Shown here piece after piece: positions 38,741-53,094 of a stretch of 64,000 nt of DNA. A program made the position numbers and the translations under genes. The DNA is taken from assembly GCA_030141605.1 (NCBI GenBank), contig JAQGDQ010000008.1, positions 310,001 to 374,000 of the forward strand. Direction: 5' to 3'. Every line of letters begins with the position of its first letter. Position 1 is the stretch's first letter. Under the pieces are notes generated by a model that saw nothing but the letters and a program-made list of their open reading frames with translations, was not told the DNA's origin and did not search any database. The stretch comes from Tubiluchus corallicola (Eukaryota; Animalia; Priapulida).

Positions 38741-39222
38741 TTACAAACATAAATGCTAATTCTCATTGTGCTGCAACATTACATCAGTGCTCCCTGCAAA
38801 CTGGAGGAAGAGATTTCAAACTTACTCATGCACGAGGGTAAAAAAATCGCAACTCAAAAAACCTATCAGTATTAGTAAAAAACTGTACTCAAGTGACAAC
38901 TGTTAAACACACTGTACCCACCCAAAATGACCTTGGTGAAACAGATTAATAAACACCATTACTGCTGCTGGCAGCAGTTGGACATATTCAAGACAGAAAG
39001 TGGATTTTGCCATACTCATTTATAAATAGAGTTAGAGTCGATATCAATAAATTGATTTGAATTAATATGTTTAGTGAAACAAAATTGAAGCAATAACAGA
39101 AATTATTATTAGTAACCTGTATGGTACCAGAAATTTTAATGCTGCTCAAATGAATCAAATGGAAAGTTAATAAATAACCTGAAATTCAATTTTGTGAAAT
39201 ATTTTTGTAGAGTATTATAATC

Positions 39223-39565
39223 CTAGTGAGCATCGAATGCTCGAATTCCATTCCAGCCTAAAACTGTTGATCCAGATAATTCAACAGTATATACATTTTT
39301 ACTATTAAAACATTTACAGCATGCAGTCAGCACAATTTACCTGTGATTTCTTGTGTACAACATTGAACAAATTTTTAGTAATTTTCCTGCATAACAAAAT
39401 CAAGCAATACGCATCTTTGCGAGACTGCTTTTTATTAATGATTCAAAATTTTGTACAAAAATCTTTGAAACTGAATTTGAGTCAGATTCGAAATAATGAA
39501 ACTCGGTTTGAGGAGTTCAAAAATCAAAAATTCGAATCAATCCTGATAGAGAATGCTCACCCCTA
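39223..39565. mobile_element. MITE with TTCGA-rich subterminal repeats
   Basis: tagtgagcatcgaat ... gaatgctcaccccta inverted ends; the same right end (tcgatgctcacccct) recurs at about 9106-9120. Confidence 0.55.
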
Positions 39566-41501
39566 ATCCAAAGTTACCTTCAAAAGTTTTAAACAAAAAA
39601 CAAGATTAGATTTATAAAGAAACAACTCGATGTATATTTTCTCGATAATTTATAAAACAACTCAAAAGAATCATTGTACATAGGAAGCTTATTATCATGA
39701 TTACACAAATACAATCTGTATAACATACTGAATTAACAACCTTCTCTTGGTATAAAATTAGACAAAATAAAACTTATGTACAATATAAATAATATAGACT
39801 CATTTGGAACGTACTTGATTACTTACAGTAAACTTGTCATTCTACAAACAGTAATGACAATGTAGCACAATTATAATCAATGCCCAATGTTACATTAGCT
39901 GTGCACCAGAGGGCAGCACAATATCAAGACGTTCTGTGTTCAGTGAAGCATGGTGCATCGAGCCATCGGCTCACAATGGCATTAATACACTTTTAGTCAT
40001 TTAACTACTTCAAAAAGACTCTAACATTGTAACAGCATAAACACTTGCTAAAGAAATGATCAAAATTCAACAAATGATTAATAACAACCATAAGGCACAT
40101 TTTAGTCTCCATAATCAAGGCAGAGTAAATTAAAATGTTGTACAGTAGAGTGCAGTACTATCACAATGAAAACAAAGCAAAAGAAAGCACTCGGCTGTTT
40201 ATAAATAGTATATAATTAGCACATAGCTTGTGTCTTTCTATATACAAGCAATAACAGCACTCACAAGTGCAAACAATAAGGCACATTTTAATAACAGATT
40301 TCATGAACAATTACAACAATATTATTCAATGCAACACTATATGCATACATAAAATAAAATACACGACAGTCTCAGTATAAACAAGGCATTTCTGCTTGGG
40401 TGAGACAGACAAAAAAGTTAGTAAACCTGACTCTAGAAGGAAAACTTGCCAAGGGATAAGGAAATCTGTTACCCCGGAAATTTTGCAGTGATCCTGGTTG
40501 TGGTGTGCTGCCTTTTCCAAGCCCATGATGTTATTGTGCATACACACGGTATGCACACAAAGCAAAACAAACTAGAAGCAATCAGTGTCCTGATCTTTAA
40601 GTGTTTGCATTAATACTGGGATAGTTAGGAGGCTAGGTTTAGTTTGTTTAGTTCAGTAAAATACAGCTTGGCAAAAAAACTCTGCAGTCAATGAAATTTA
40701 ATAGCAAGTTAGCAACATACGTATAACAGTACAGCCTAGTATATCCATGATCCTATTTTGGATTATTACTGTAAGGTTACAAAATGCTAGTTGATCAGCA
40801 TGTAAAACAAAAAATTCCATAAGTGCAGTTTAGAAAGCTTCCAAAATGAAAAGAATATTTCCATGCATTTGCTTAAATAACTACAGCTCTTTAGCACAAA
40901 AGACACATCTTGAGGCTTGAACATCTTAACCATCATGTGAATATTAGTGCTAATGATAAATATTTAGATTGAACCAATTCTGTGTACACACAAATTAAGG
41001 TTGGTTACTGTCTGGCTTAAATATGTCATCAACCGATGGCAAATCCAAGAATGTGTTTTCAGGTAACTATTCAAAGGCGGTAACTATTCAAAGGCAACAA
41101 TAAAGACAGTTAACTATTTATGCTTAGTTTCTATTCTCACAGAAAACTACAGCTAAGGCTTCAGTAAGCTCAGTTAATAAATGTAGACATTTGCTAAAGA
41201 AAATAATTATCCAAGCGGCTTCAAATAATTATTTTCGGTGAACTTGCACATAGATTACTAACACAACCTTCACTGCTTCAACTGTTCTTCGGGAAATACA
41301 CAGATAAACTTGATATTATTGATCAATCATTTCAGGCATGCACAATTTCCAGCCTTATCGTGCAAGTCTCATTAAGAGAACATAATCTTAGCTTTACAGC
41401 AAGGCAAAACCCTAGCAGCAAAAGGAAATTGCAGTTCATCATTAATAACACGGAGTACCTGGACAGCTTAAGAAATGCATGTATGACGGAAATCAGTGGA
41501 A

Positions 41502-41650
41502 CTAGAAACAGCTGTAACTTTTTTTAATGCGTTCCAGTTCGGTGTGAATCTCTGAAAAATGAGGACGATCCTCGGGTTCCTTGTTCCAACAAGCCAACAT
41601 TAATTCATAGATCGCAGAGGGTGTTTTAGGTGGAGCACTCATTCTATAAC
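41502..41650 (-). CDS. FER: Fer/Fes tyrosine kinase, last exon
   Basis: (G)YRMSAPPKTPSAIYELMLACWNKEPEDRPHFSEIHTELERIKKSYSCF*; acceptor tttcttttag; kinase subdomains X-XI. Confidence 0.9.
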
Positions 41651-42902
41651 CTAAAAGAAAATTTTTTTATCTATTTAGTTGCCACAGAAAACGAGTTAAA
41701 TTTTGTTATGTCAAATAATAAAAGAGTCATTCGCTTTTCCCTCAAACAGTTTGCTCATTTTGCTCATAATTCATGGCTTTCAAAACTTGAATGCATATTT
41801 CTGGATGTAGAACATCTATTATAAATGTAATTTTTTATATTCTCCAGAAAATTGTGCCATATCATAGTTATCAATCACAACTTCACTTGTTCCAAAGACA
41901 GTCTCCTCTCATTAGAAAACGAGTTACAAAAATTTTAAGGTTTCAGTATCTGTATGCATATTCCACACTGACTCAGTACCTTGAATGGTCACTAACCTTC
42001 TCTGGAATAATCCGTAAAAAATACCCTACTTATTTACACTCATTAAACTTACAATAATTTTTGTAAGTGCCCACCTTGCCAAGACAGTGAAGGCTATGCC
42101 TGTAATACAACAATTAATTATGACAGCAGCTTAAGTCGTTAATACGCCAAAATCTGACTAATACATTATAAACAAGAAACAGCAAACTTTTCAAAATGTA
42201 TGATTAGAACAAAGGAAAAATTCTGATCTATAGCTTGTGAAGTTGATCTGTTGCATATGGTGTCATATACAAAAGGTCTAGTTCAAATCCCAGTGGCAAC
42301 ACAAAAATTTTCCAGCTCTCTGATTTATTTCACTTATAAATTATCATTGTGTCATTGTATCTTTTTCAAAGTGTATTTTTTCCCTTATTGATGGACCACT
42401 AATAACTTACATTTTAAATTTCTGAGCCTGAACTGTTTAAAGTTTCCAAACCCCTTTATTCGAATCAGGGTGGATGACAAAACTGTACAGCTTTCTATTT
42501 CGCTTACGATAAAATGTCATAAACTAAAAGCCATACTCCAGACAAATGCTCACATAAATAAGCTACAAGATATTTACACATGCAAGAACCTACGCAGTCC
42601 TTATGAATTTTTCATAATCTGTTACATTTCAGTCACAATGCAATCTACTTATGTATTCATTGATATAGAGATCTATAACAGGTTGCATTATGTATGGTTG
42701 GTTAGCACAAGAGCTTGCCATTGTTCTTATTAGCCTACCTGTTCAAGAAATTTATTACTCAAAAATTCCTGGTCACAAAGGATGCATATGCAGTCATTTA
42801 TAAAATAAAATATTTTTATTATTAGTTTTATAGTTTGTACTCTGTGTGAATCCAAGTGACAAATTTTGAAGATAAAGTTGGTAAAATTATTGAAACACAT
42901 AC

Positions 42903-43025
42903 CTTTATCGATTTCTTCTCGTGCTTGGTTATTTGTCATATCAGCATACGGAACTGTTCCATAAGAGAAAATTTCGTACATCAATATCCCATAGCTCCAT
43001 ACATCACTTAGAGATGTGTATTGTA
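42903..43025 (-). CDS. FER: Fer/Fes tyrosine kinase exon (subdomain IX)
   Basis: (L)[40 protein letters not shown](G); AG/GT boundaries, phase 1-1. Confidence 0.92.
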
Positions 43026-43935
43026 CTAAAAAGCAATTTTTCACTTATGTAAGCATGTTGACACTACAATATTATGGGTGTATTTGAAAAAGTACTACTG
43101 TATCACGGTTCAAATAATTCTATCTACAATGAGTTAAAAACATAATATGAGGCCACTTTACATTATAATAGCGAAAATTTAAGAACTACTAGCACTACTG
43201 TTATCTGCTGTAGTCGAGCCACTTGGCACTGGTAAGAAAGAAACACTTGGCAGGGGTAGAAAAAACTATTACCCCAAAAGAGGCCACTCTTAGGGTGTCA
43301 TTTGATCCCAAAAGAGTGCTACATAAACAACTTCTTTGAATTCTTTCCAAGTCAATGACTGCAACTACAAATTGCAACTATTGGGCCTTCAACAGGTATT
43401 ACAAGAAACAAATTTTTGCTGCTGATCATGTGCTCTATCTGTGACATGTCACAAAACTACTTTTGCTCCAAGGAATTTAATAGACTAGCAAAGGCTGGTT
43501 CATTTGCCTCTGTGTGGATTTGTTTTTGGCCAAATTTAGACATTTCTGTGACAGAACAGCCTTCCAGTTCAAAAAACTTTCGATTCTTAAAATTACTTTT
43601 TTCAGTGATTAGAGGCAGATAAGCACATAAGCTCCACAATCTTATGTAATAGTAAGATAAAACTGAATGAAAGATGTAACACAATTTCACTGGTCTGCAA
43701 AGTCATGATGAATCATGAGACTGGTAAACTACTTTACAGGAACATAGTCACAGCCATAGAAACAATAAGGAAGCAGTAAGTCTTTTGTAGTAGTGCAAAA
43801 CATGTGAACAAATTCCGTCAAACTAACTAATTTCTGTGTGGTACAAACTATTTTCTCACTCTGTTAGAAAACACTGCAAATGTGGCATAAACACTACCAA
43901 TTAACAAAATTTAAAAACTGGAAGTCATGAATTCA

Positions 43936-44193
<258 letters not shown>

Positions 44194-45157
44194 TCATAAT
44201 TTCAATGTGAATTTCTCAACATAACCTGCCTTGATTTAAAATAAAATATAAAAACAAATTATTTTGATTAAACATGCATGATTTTATTATTCCCCATTCT
44301 GCAATGAATGCAAAACATTTCAAATTCCATTAAAACTCAGTCAACTTGCCATTGCAATAAATATTAAAATACATTAAAAAAATTGTTGCAGAAACTAAAC
44401 CCTCAATGCAGTAAAAATCCAAAATTAGACGAAGTTTAATCAGCACAGACTGCAAATTCTTAGTTTAATCACAAACTTCTATTTATTGAGAATTTTTAAT
44501 TGTTTAAAAATAAGTTATTTACGAAGATGCATGCAATAAATTACTGAAAAGCAAGATCGATCAACGCCTTTTTACTGACATGTCAGTAGGGTATATTACA
44601 CATGATTAGGCTTGCTATAAGACCGCAGGTCTAAAGATGCTCATACAAACTATAAAAGACATTGAAGATCATTATCCGAGTCTGAATTTCTCTCTCTAAT
44701 GAAAAGTTAGTAGTCTCATGCTATTTATCAAAGCCTAAAGCTCATGTCACTCCAGTAAATTTTACCATTAATAGTAATGACTACAATAAATCATGAATAA
44801 GAACCTTATCAAGAACAAATTAATTGAAATGTTAAAGTTATCTATGTATAACATTGGAATTGATGTGTGTGGATAATTTATAATGCAAATTTACGCTGCA
44901 ACCGGTTCTTGTTAAAAGACTCATTTACAACACTGGAGGTCAAAAAAGTCACTGAAATCAATTCTTACACCAAAGAGTTAGAACTATCCCATCTTATCCA
45001 AAAAATCCGTCTTATTATAAAGATTGAAAACTAATTTTATTAAACACAAAAGCATGTGTTTCTTTAGAAAACCAGAAATATTTAACAGACACGAACTCAA
45101 ACCAAAGTCCTGGAGGCATCGCTACTTCTTGAGAAAGTGATGGTAACTAACAATTAC

Positions 45158-45290
45158 CTGTGAATGCAGTTTCTACTTTCTAGATATGCCATTCCAGCTG
45201 CAGCATCTATACACATATCAACAAGAGCTTTGGCTGGTAGATTTTTCCCTTCTTTCCCTTCTTTCTTTAGAAAATTCAGTAATGAACCAC
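45158..45290 (-). CDS. FER: Fer/Fes tyrosine kinase exon (subdomains V-VIa)
   Basis: (G)[43 protein letters not shown](R); phase-compatible with the next exon. Confidence 0.92.
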
Positions 45291-48200
45291 CTAGAAATAA
45301 AATAAATCTTTGTTCAACAGAGAGTCTAACACATCATATGAAACAGTTTAACTACCATACAGTTCAAGTTGAATTAAGTTGCGAGGAGAAGGAACAACTG
45401 AGTGGATAAATATCAAAAGTTAAGCAACACTAAAGATGGTAAGTGAAGAGACGAGAGACCAAACTAAATATTTGCTTTGGTTCTGGTTATAATCTCATAG
45501 AAGAAGGTTATGTATACATCCCAACATGGCCAAGATTACCAGACGAGTGTCTGATTGCAGAAGATTATCCTTGATAAATAAGTTACTGTCTGGTTCTGCC
45601 ACTGAGGGCTGGATCACAGCTTACAGAGTGCTGAACATTATAAAAAGTCCAACCGTCACTGCTGGTATCATTATCATGATCTACGCAAGTTCTATTTAAC
45701 ATATGATTTTTAAATCGTGGCTTTAAAATGTTCAATTTTTTTCGTCAAAACCATTTCGCAGTGACAAAACGGCCAAATTTATCGCAAAAAATCGCTTTTA
45801 AGACAGCACCATCCACATTGTGTACTTTCTTTTTAATAACTATTCGGGAAAAGTTTTCAAATCTCTTCATGCGACGGCATTTAAACTGCCCTTTAAGTTC
45901 ATGAGAAAATTTTACCACACAAATGATCAAATAACCTGAGTGAATTAACTTGGGAAAACAAGCTCTTATCATCAATACCGTGTGCTGCTATTATTAAATC
46001 TCTACGCAATAAACTCAAGTCACGCAATATACAGCGTTGCAAGTTGCACAAAACACTGGATTTAGCTGATTAAAGACTAAAATATTAGCTGTAAAGCTCT
46101 TTAGAAAGTACTAATGTTGATGACGCAGACTGGACATGGACGACGCCTTTCACAATCATTAATAAACCTTTTGTAAAACTGGAGGTGTTAGGTGTGTTGT
46201 GTTGCCTTTTCAAGTTGGTCAGCTATGATAACGTTGCCTTCTAGCGCACTTATCTAAACGGAGTTTGTGGATTCGCATTATTGATGGCTTCACAGTAACA
46301 GCAAATTCTAGTATTTGCGCACTGTTACTCGATAATTTAAATTTTCATTATTTATACTGGTTACTCCATGAGTTACCAAAAATAACGTTTATCGTGTGTA
46401 TCTACTCAAATTAACATCTCTTTCAGAGTCTATATATCTTTGTAAGGTGTAATAAAATACATTTTAGCAGTTTTGGCCCGAATTAATTAATTACTGCTCA
46501 CAAAAATCTGCATGCTTTTATGAAGCTAACAAGTGTGCGTGCGTGTTACAATTTCAAATTACATGAATTTCGAATTATACGCAGAACGGCAAAGTGCAGA
46601 GATTGCTGACCTAACACCAAGTATGATGTGACTCACAACCCATTAATTGTAAAGAATTACAAATCTGACTACACTATCGTACAACATTGAGTTTAGGCTT
46701 TGCATATTATTATATTTGTAACAGAGTGGGCTGGATGACAGTCAACTTGCTTGATTTGATGTGAATAATCAGTCATATGAGAAAGCGCAGGAAGTATGAT
46801 TAGTGGTTGGCTGCAGAAGTACCTCTCAACCGAACAATATAAAATGCTATTTATATTACATGTTAGAGTACATCTGTTACAATAAGTGAATCAGAAATGA
46901 ATCAGGTGCTAAATAATGTGGTAAAGGTATCAGTATTTAAGAACAAAAGTACGCACAAATGTTATACGAATTACTAATGTTGCGCCACCTTGATTTAACA
47001 GAGACGTATGTACTTACATGAGAAAAACTTGTTGCTTTATTATATACCACAACGGCACGGGGTTGCATTCGCCTAACGTATTTGTTTGTTTGTTCGTATG
47101 CTTGTTTGTTTGCCTGTATGTTTGTTTGTGTTTGTTTATGCGTTTATTTGTTCTTTTATTCGTTTATTAGTTTTTAAATGCTACACTACATGTGGAATTA
47201 GTCTTTATATATGCAAGATTGTTGCTCTATTTTACTGCAGAAGCCCTCACACCCGGCAACAAAAAAATCCACGAAAGACTTTAAGCAGCAAGAACACGAT
47301 CCATCCGCATTTTACTAAGCGCATCTGTTGTTAGATTATTAGATTTTATTTGAACTACAAAGCGATAGCATTTGCTACAGGAATTCTCCGGCTTGCAAAT
47401 CCGCATGCACAGACGATTGGGAATCGCTTTGCAAAATAAAGCGAGAAACTAACATTACAAATCTTGTGACAAAGCGTGTATTGCCATTTGCAACATGTTT
47501 CATTATAATAGAGTAAGTGCCTTAACTATCTCTATGACCCCTCTACATCAACGTACATATTTCATTCATAAGAATGGTGAACTCGACTAGTCGCTGTTTA
47601 ACTAACACTATTATTCTACCCACTTATACATGGAAAACTGTATACAGTTTACTGTATACAGAAACTTATACTGTTTTCTTAAGAGTTGTGCGGCATTTAT
47701 TGGAGACCAATCCACTCATGTTAATTCAGAAATTTGTGTAGAAGCATTACGGCACTCTGGTGTCCCAAGAAAGTCGTTGCCAGACGGTTTGCTTGGCACT
47801 TCGTAAACAAAAATAATTTAAAAATCACAGTTTTTAAATTTTAAATCGGCAAATAGATGCTTATTTTGTGAGACGGGCAAGGCAGTACGTATTTCAAATC
47901 TGAATATGGCTGACACACCTCTGGTGATGCAGTTCCTCACCTTAGAACATTAACCTCGACAATGAGCCAGATTCTGGTCCCACTATAATCATCCATATTA
48001 TTTTGCCCTGGCAATGAATGCTAGATTCTCCAAACTGCAAAGTGCCGAATTGTAAAAAAGATGGCAGTTCTACAATCTATATAGATTATAGTTAAAGTAC
48101 GAATATATCCGGTACAAAAAATACTTACATTATATAGCAGAAATCTTTTCATTTCAGTTGAAGTAATTAAATATTATTTTTGTGTAGCTTAATCTTATAG

Positions 48201-48721
48201 AAACATAAATCTATCTTGAAAATGATTTAAATAAACGAACAATAACTAGTACTTAAACTACTTCCTAGTTAGCAAAGTCATTGAACCAATAAAAGTCATA
48301 CATGTGATTTAAAAACTTTTTTTCAAATGACTTAAAAATTTTCCTCTCGTGTAAATTTCATCAGTTGCAAAGCTATGCAGTGTTCATTAATAATTTTCAG
48401 CCATTAAAAGTCACCCAAGAATACTAAAACGTATATGAAAGTATTTATTTCTATATATTACCACTCGCAGAGCATTCATAAAGTGTAAGAAACCTCATAT
48501 ATTTTGTCTAGAAATATTTTTGAAATATCTCAAAAGTCACTATACACATTTGGTTTCCAATTTCCTTTTTAAATTTTTATGCAATCTCAGCAAGCTCTTC
48601 AAGGAAATCTCAGCGATTAAGAACTCAGAAGAGTTCTTTAGCAATTTTTATATAATTTTTTGAATGGAACCGTTGCTACGGCGACGAGAGTAACCGTTAG
48701 AAATGAGGTGCAAAATCAGCC

Positions 48722-48901
48722 TGGCATGAGGACCTCGATAACCAACTGGAAGTTCACCGGAAGTTCAGAGCACCATGTAGACCACATTATTCTCTCACTA
48801 TTAACAATGTAGTTTTTGTACAGGATTCAGCCCTTCCTCACCACTCATGGATTGCGAGAGACTTTCTCAATGCAAAATGCTCAACTTGCCATTGGATTGG
48901 T
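48722..48901 (+). mobile_element. degenerate Tc1/mariner transposase fragment
   Basis: A frame without a start codon reads VVFVQDSALPHHSWIARDFLNAKCSTCHWIG, resembling FQQDGAPPH....RxFLN..FP.RWIG around the second catalytic Asp of DDxD transposases. Confidence 0.5.
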
Positions 48902-50789
48902 CTCTTGGGCCTTGAGGTCCTTGAAAAGGACAGCGAAAATAGCAAAGCCTACTAGTGCAGTAGTTCTCTTCAGATTTTCGCCTAATTTGACTAAAAGATC
49001 GATTGCCCAAAATTTTACTTCATCTATACAATTTTCAAACATTTTACTTGGTTTGCTAAAAATGTAGAAAAGGCAAAAGTGCATAGTGAAAAGTATTTAT
49101 TGTAAACTTAAATTGACAGCAATTCTTCGCTATTAATGTATAAATATTGTTACACACCAACACTCTCGAACATAGATATTACACAAGTATAAACTGATAT
49201 ATGCCATTCGCAAAATTTTAAGTCAAAACCCGACCCAATCTTAAATTGCAGGTCCAAACAATAATCTTTAAAATATTGATAGGTAACATACTATTTTGTC
49301 AAAATGACTTACAAGAAAGAATTATTACCACACAAACACAATTTCGCGTTCGCGCTACTAGAGCTTCGCTTTTACATGCATTTCGCCATTCGCTAGTTAG
49401 ACGGCCATTAGCACCTGCATTTCGAAAATGCTTTGCACAAAAAAGAGGCGCAGTACCTCTCAGTTCAGACATGTTCGTTTATGACGAACTGCTTACGTTG
49501 GACAGCTCATGCGTGCGCACAGCAGTAAATTTGAAAATATCTTAAAACATGCCTACTTTTGATACAACACACTGAATGTCTTAAAGTAGCACTGTACTTC
49601 AATTTTCGCTTTTGCAAACTCGCGCAACACGCTCGTAGAATATCTTCGCTGTTGAAAATTACGTTCGTCTGTGATATCATCAATAGTGGGGCTCACTCGC
49701 CGTTAATTAAGATTTTAATCTATTATTTAATTACTACAAACGGTTTTACAGTATTAATTTTGTTCAAATGTATACTTTTTATCGGAATTGAAAATGGGTT
49801 AATAATATGAAAAATCATCCTATCATCGTTTAAGCTACAAAGTTGCATTAGATGTTAGTGATTTGGCTTTACTTGATGAAGCCCATGGAACTTGTAACAG
49901 TAAAAAAATCAGAATACAACAGCTGAATAGAACTCTCTGCCCGATTAGTGTTTTAAAATAATAAGATGACTGCAGGGGAATGCTGAAAAACACCCATTTA
50001 CAACACCAGTATACCGAGCTCATTGTTTACCTTGCAATGCATGCATGTATCTATAAATTCACATACATGTATGATCATAAAATAATTAATTTTGCACTCC
50101 ACCTGTATAAATGTTAAGCAAACTAAAAAATGACAGAACTACAGCTTGGTAGCAAATCTGACACCCTGTTGTGTTACCAGACTGCAATATAAAATATGTA
50201 CTTTAATGATTAAGCTATAATGCAATGGTGATATTTGATTTGTCGCAAAAGAAAATAAAAACGGGTTTCGTTAATTTAGAATTGATTATTAGTTTTAGTG
50301 AATCCAATTGTCACGACATTATTAGCACTGATATGACCATGGTGGGAATTCGCGAAAAAATGTGATGTTGCCGTCGCTGCCGTTTTACGTATTACAAAAA
50401 TATTTCAGAACCAAAAGTTTCTCCACAAATGTTGGCGAATTATACATTCTTTCAGAGTTGCGGACTAGTGCAAAAATGGTTAATGCACAACTGCACATGA
50501 ATGGTGGTTTTTAAATGATATAACAAAACAACATTAAAAAATTAAAGCTATTTATTTACCTATATGTGCGTACATGTCAATTTTTGTTCTGTAGTAGAAG
50601 TATTGATTTTACGATCCCGTTGCTGTAAACTTACCATCAACTAATGTTAAAACAAGTGAACGTTTCTGACAGTCAAAAACTGTGATAAGATTCTGCTTCT
50701 GTTACAGGAGACGCTTTAAATAATAGCTTTCCTCTTAACAAATAAAAAATGTTTCAAAATGAATAATATGCACATAAGTACTGTTGTGC

Positions 50790-51855
50790 TTGCTAGTAAT
50801 AATATCAATGAAATTTAAGCTTGTCACTTTTTCGCGCGTGACCCGTAGGTGAAGGCTCTGAAAGTAAGTCATAATATTGATTCTATTGAATTCACTAGGC
50901 TTGATTACCTATAAGCAATCGGAACTTCAAACATTTTAACCCGTGGCCTGTGTGCCAAAAGTCAACCAGTCTTAGGTCAACGTACATAATTCAATTTGTC
51001 TCATCGACAACTTTCATTTGATACATTAGAGCTTATTAAAATAGAAACTTGTCACTTTTCATACTTGCTTTCACCCAAGGTCGTCCTTCAGAATTCTGTC
51101 GTCTGGGCCTGTACCCCGGGACCGGGTACCTGCCCTGCATGGAGATGACTCCAACTTGTTTACTTTCCCACTAATTGACAAAACTCGGTTTTAGTACTTT
51201 TGTCCCGTAAATGCCACGTGACCATGTCACCGTGACATTTCAGTAAATACTTAGTGGACATTTACCCTACTTGGCTACCCATACATGAAAAACATAGACT
51301 TCTAGTCCAATACTGTATATAAGAAGTGCTGAGTGACAAAGTCATTTGCCTTTTTTCACATTTTGCTTACTGTCGCTGTGACCCTTGATCACAGGTCACC
51401 TTTCCTACACCATTTTCTAAGCACTTGCGTCAAGTGTCTATCCTGCATGTCTCGTACCCTGCAGAGCTCTTACGTTTACGGAATTGTAGGCAAGACAGTT
51501 TTCTGGCTTTGGCACCTATCTCGGGCCGTTAAGGAATCACGGCTCTTTCAAACCAGGTCTGCACATATAGCCAATGGACATGTACCCAACAATGGGTAAA
51601 TACTACTTGTCCAAAAAATCTGAATGAGGAAAAGCCCTATGAGGAGGAATGAAAAAAGGGAACGACGCTTGTTGCCCTGACCCTTTTACCAGAGGTCAGA
51701 AGTCGCCACACTGCTGCTCTTCCTCCTCCCAAAGCTACCCACCCTGTGAGTCTCGTGACGCTAACTCGGAACGCTAACATGAACTATTTGTTTGAGGAGA
51801 ATAAACAAACAACTATATGAGAATCAAGATGATTTTGCTATTGCAAAAACTTTAT
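50790..51855 (-). mobile_element. Helentron/HINE-like repeat remnant
   Basis: Recurrent TGACC..GGTCA motifs (tgacccttgatcacaggtcac, tgacccttttaccagaggtca) and an (AAAC)n tract near the end; boundaries approximate. Confidence 0.35.
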
Positions 51856-53089
51856 AAAAACCGCGATTAAATGAAGAAGATTCTTTGCTGTGAAGAAGAA
51901 TCTTAATAACCTCAACAATGCTAATTAAATTTAAAAGACAAGATTAGTTAATTCTAAAGTGTGAGCAAACAAATTTGGCAAAATTGTATCAACTATAGCA
52001 TAACTCTCACTTGCTTGAAACGCTCAAACAGATGACAGCATTTGTATTTTTCATCTATTGCAAATTTTGCAATATGCTAAATAAGTATAAGCAGAATTCA
52101 GAAGATCCTTAGGATTTCTTAGATCCAAATGATTAAGAAAGTTTTCAGGTGCTACAAAAACTCGTTACTTTGCAAAAAAAGTTGAGAGAATATATATTAT
52201 CTAAACTTCTACCCACTATTCAGTTGGTCGGCATGTGAGTTGCAAAATGTGAGTATTTTAAGGCCAGATTTTGCTTTCAGGGTTTTAGAATGCGCGAAGA
52301 CTGCAATAAATGTAAATATGTAGGTTACTGGTATCACATAAACCATGTTTCACTTGGGTGTTTTCTTCTTCAACACTGTAACAATTTAAAATTATGACAG
52401 CATATTTTGCACAAGCATTTTAACAGATTTTTTTACCATTTCTTTCATAAAATAGCAGCTGAAACCTGATTATGTGAAAAGCTATTATCAAATCTTATTA
52501 TTCTCGATAGACAGAATGGTGTGACCCCACGGCAAGATCACATATCTACTGCGAATCGCCGAATCTAAAATACACATTTATTACGTATAATAATTACGAA
52601 TACGTTTCTTATTACGAATATATGTTTCTTATTACGAATGTATATTTGTGATCGAACTCAAAAATCTTTTCCTTTAAACGTCTCGTTCAATTTTTTTGCA
52701 CAAATAAATCTACAGGCGTAAGTAGATGATTTTACTTAGGCATAATGACCAAAAGTTCGTGTCATAAAATAGTTTTCCCACTGGCAATGGTGCAGTCTCA
52801 AATAACAGCAAAAATATATCATAGCATCTTTGCGCATGAACGCTCTCGCGCACATACATCACTAGTCTCATCTGAAGAGGAAAACGCTGCAGCTACGTCG
52901 CACTCGCAGACACGCAGACTTTCGCCATGTATAGGATTGAGTGAGCATTATGTAGTGAAAGTGATTCGTCGAAGGTGGGATAGAATCTGTTTTGTACATT
53001 CCACGAAAGAAAAATTATTGAAAATGGTGTTAAAGTTTCAGTGAAATTTTCTTGGAATTTCGTGTAGAGTGATTACTGAAACAGTAAAT

Positions 53090-53094
53090 ATGAG
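53090..53094 (+). CDS. putative start exon (ATG AG|gt) of the sulfotransferase
   Basis: ATGAG|gtaaac is a phase-2 donor, matching the phase-2 acceptor at 59549 (gives MR-CLRTG...); a CpG-rich promoter-like patch lies at about 52830-52930. Confidence 0.45.

Noticed and set aside
42230-42300. tRNA-like B box (gttcaaatccc)
   Set aside because: No cloverleaf; at most a decayed tRNA-SINE. The same applies to the B-box-like motif at about 5655-5665.
47941-48034. AG/GT-bounded minus-strand segment as a candidate upstream Fer exon
   Set aside because: Stop codons in all three frames and no kinase motifs.
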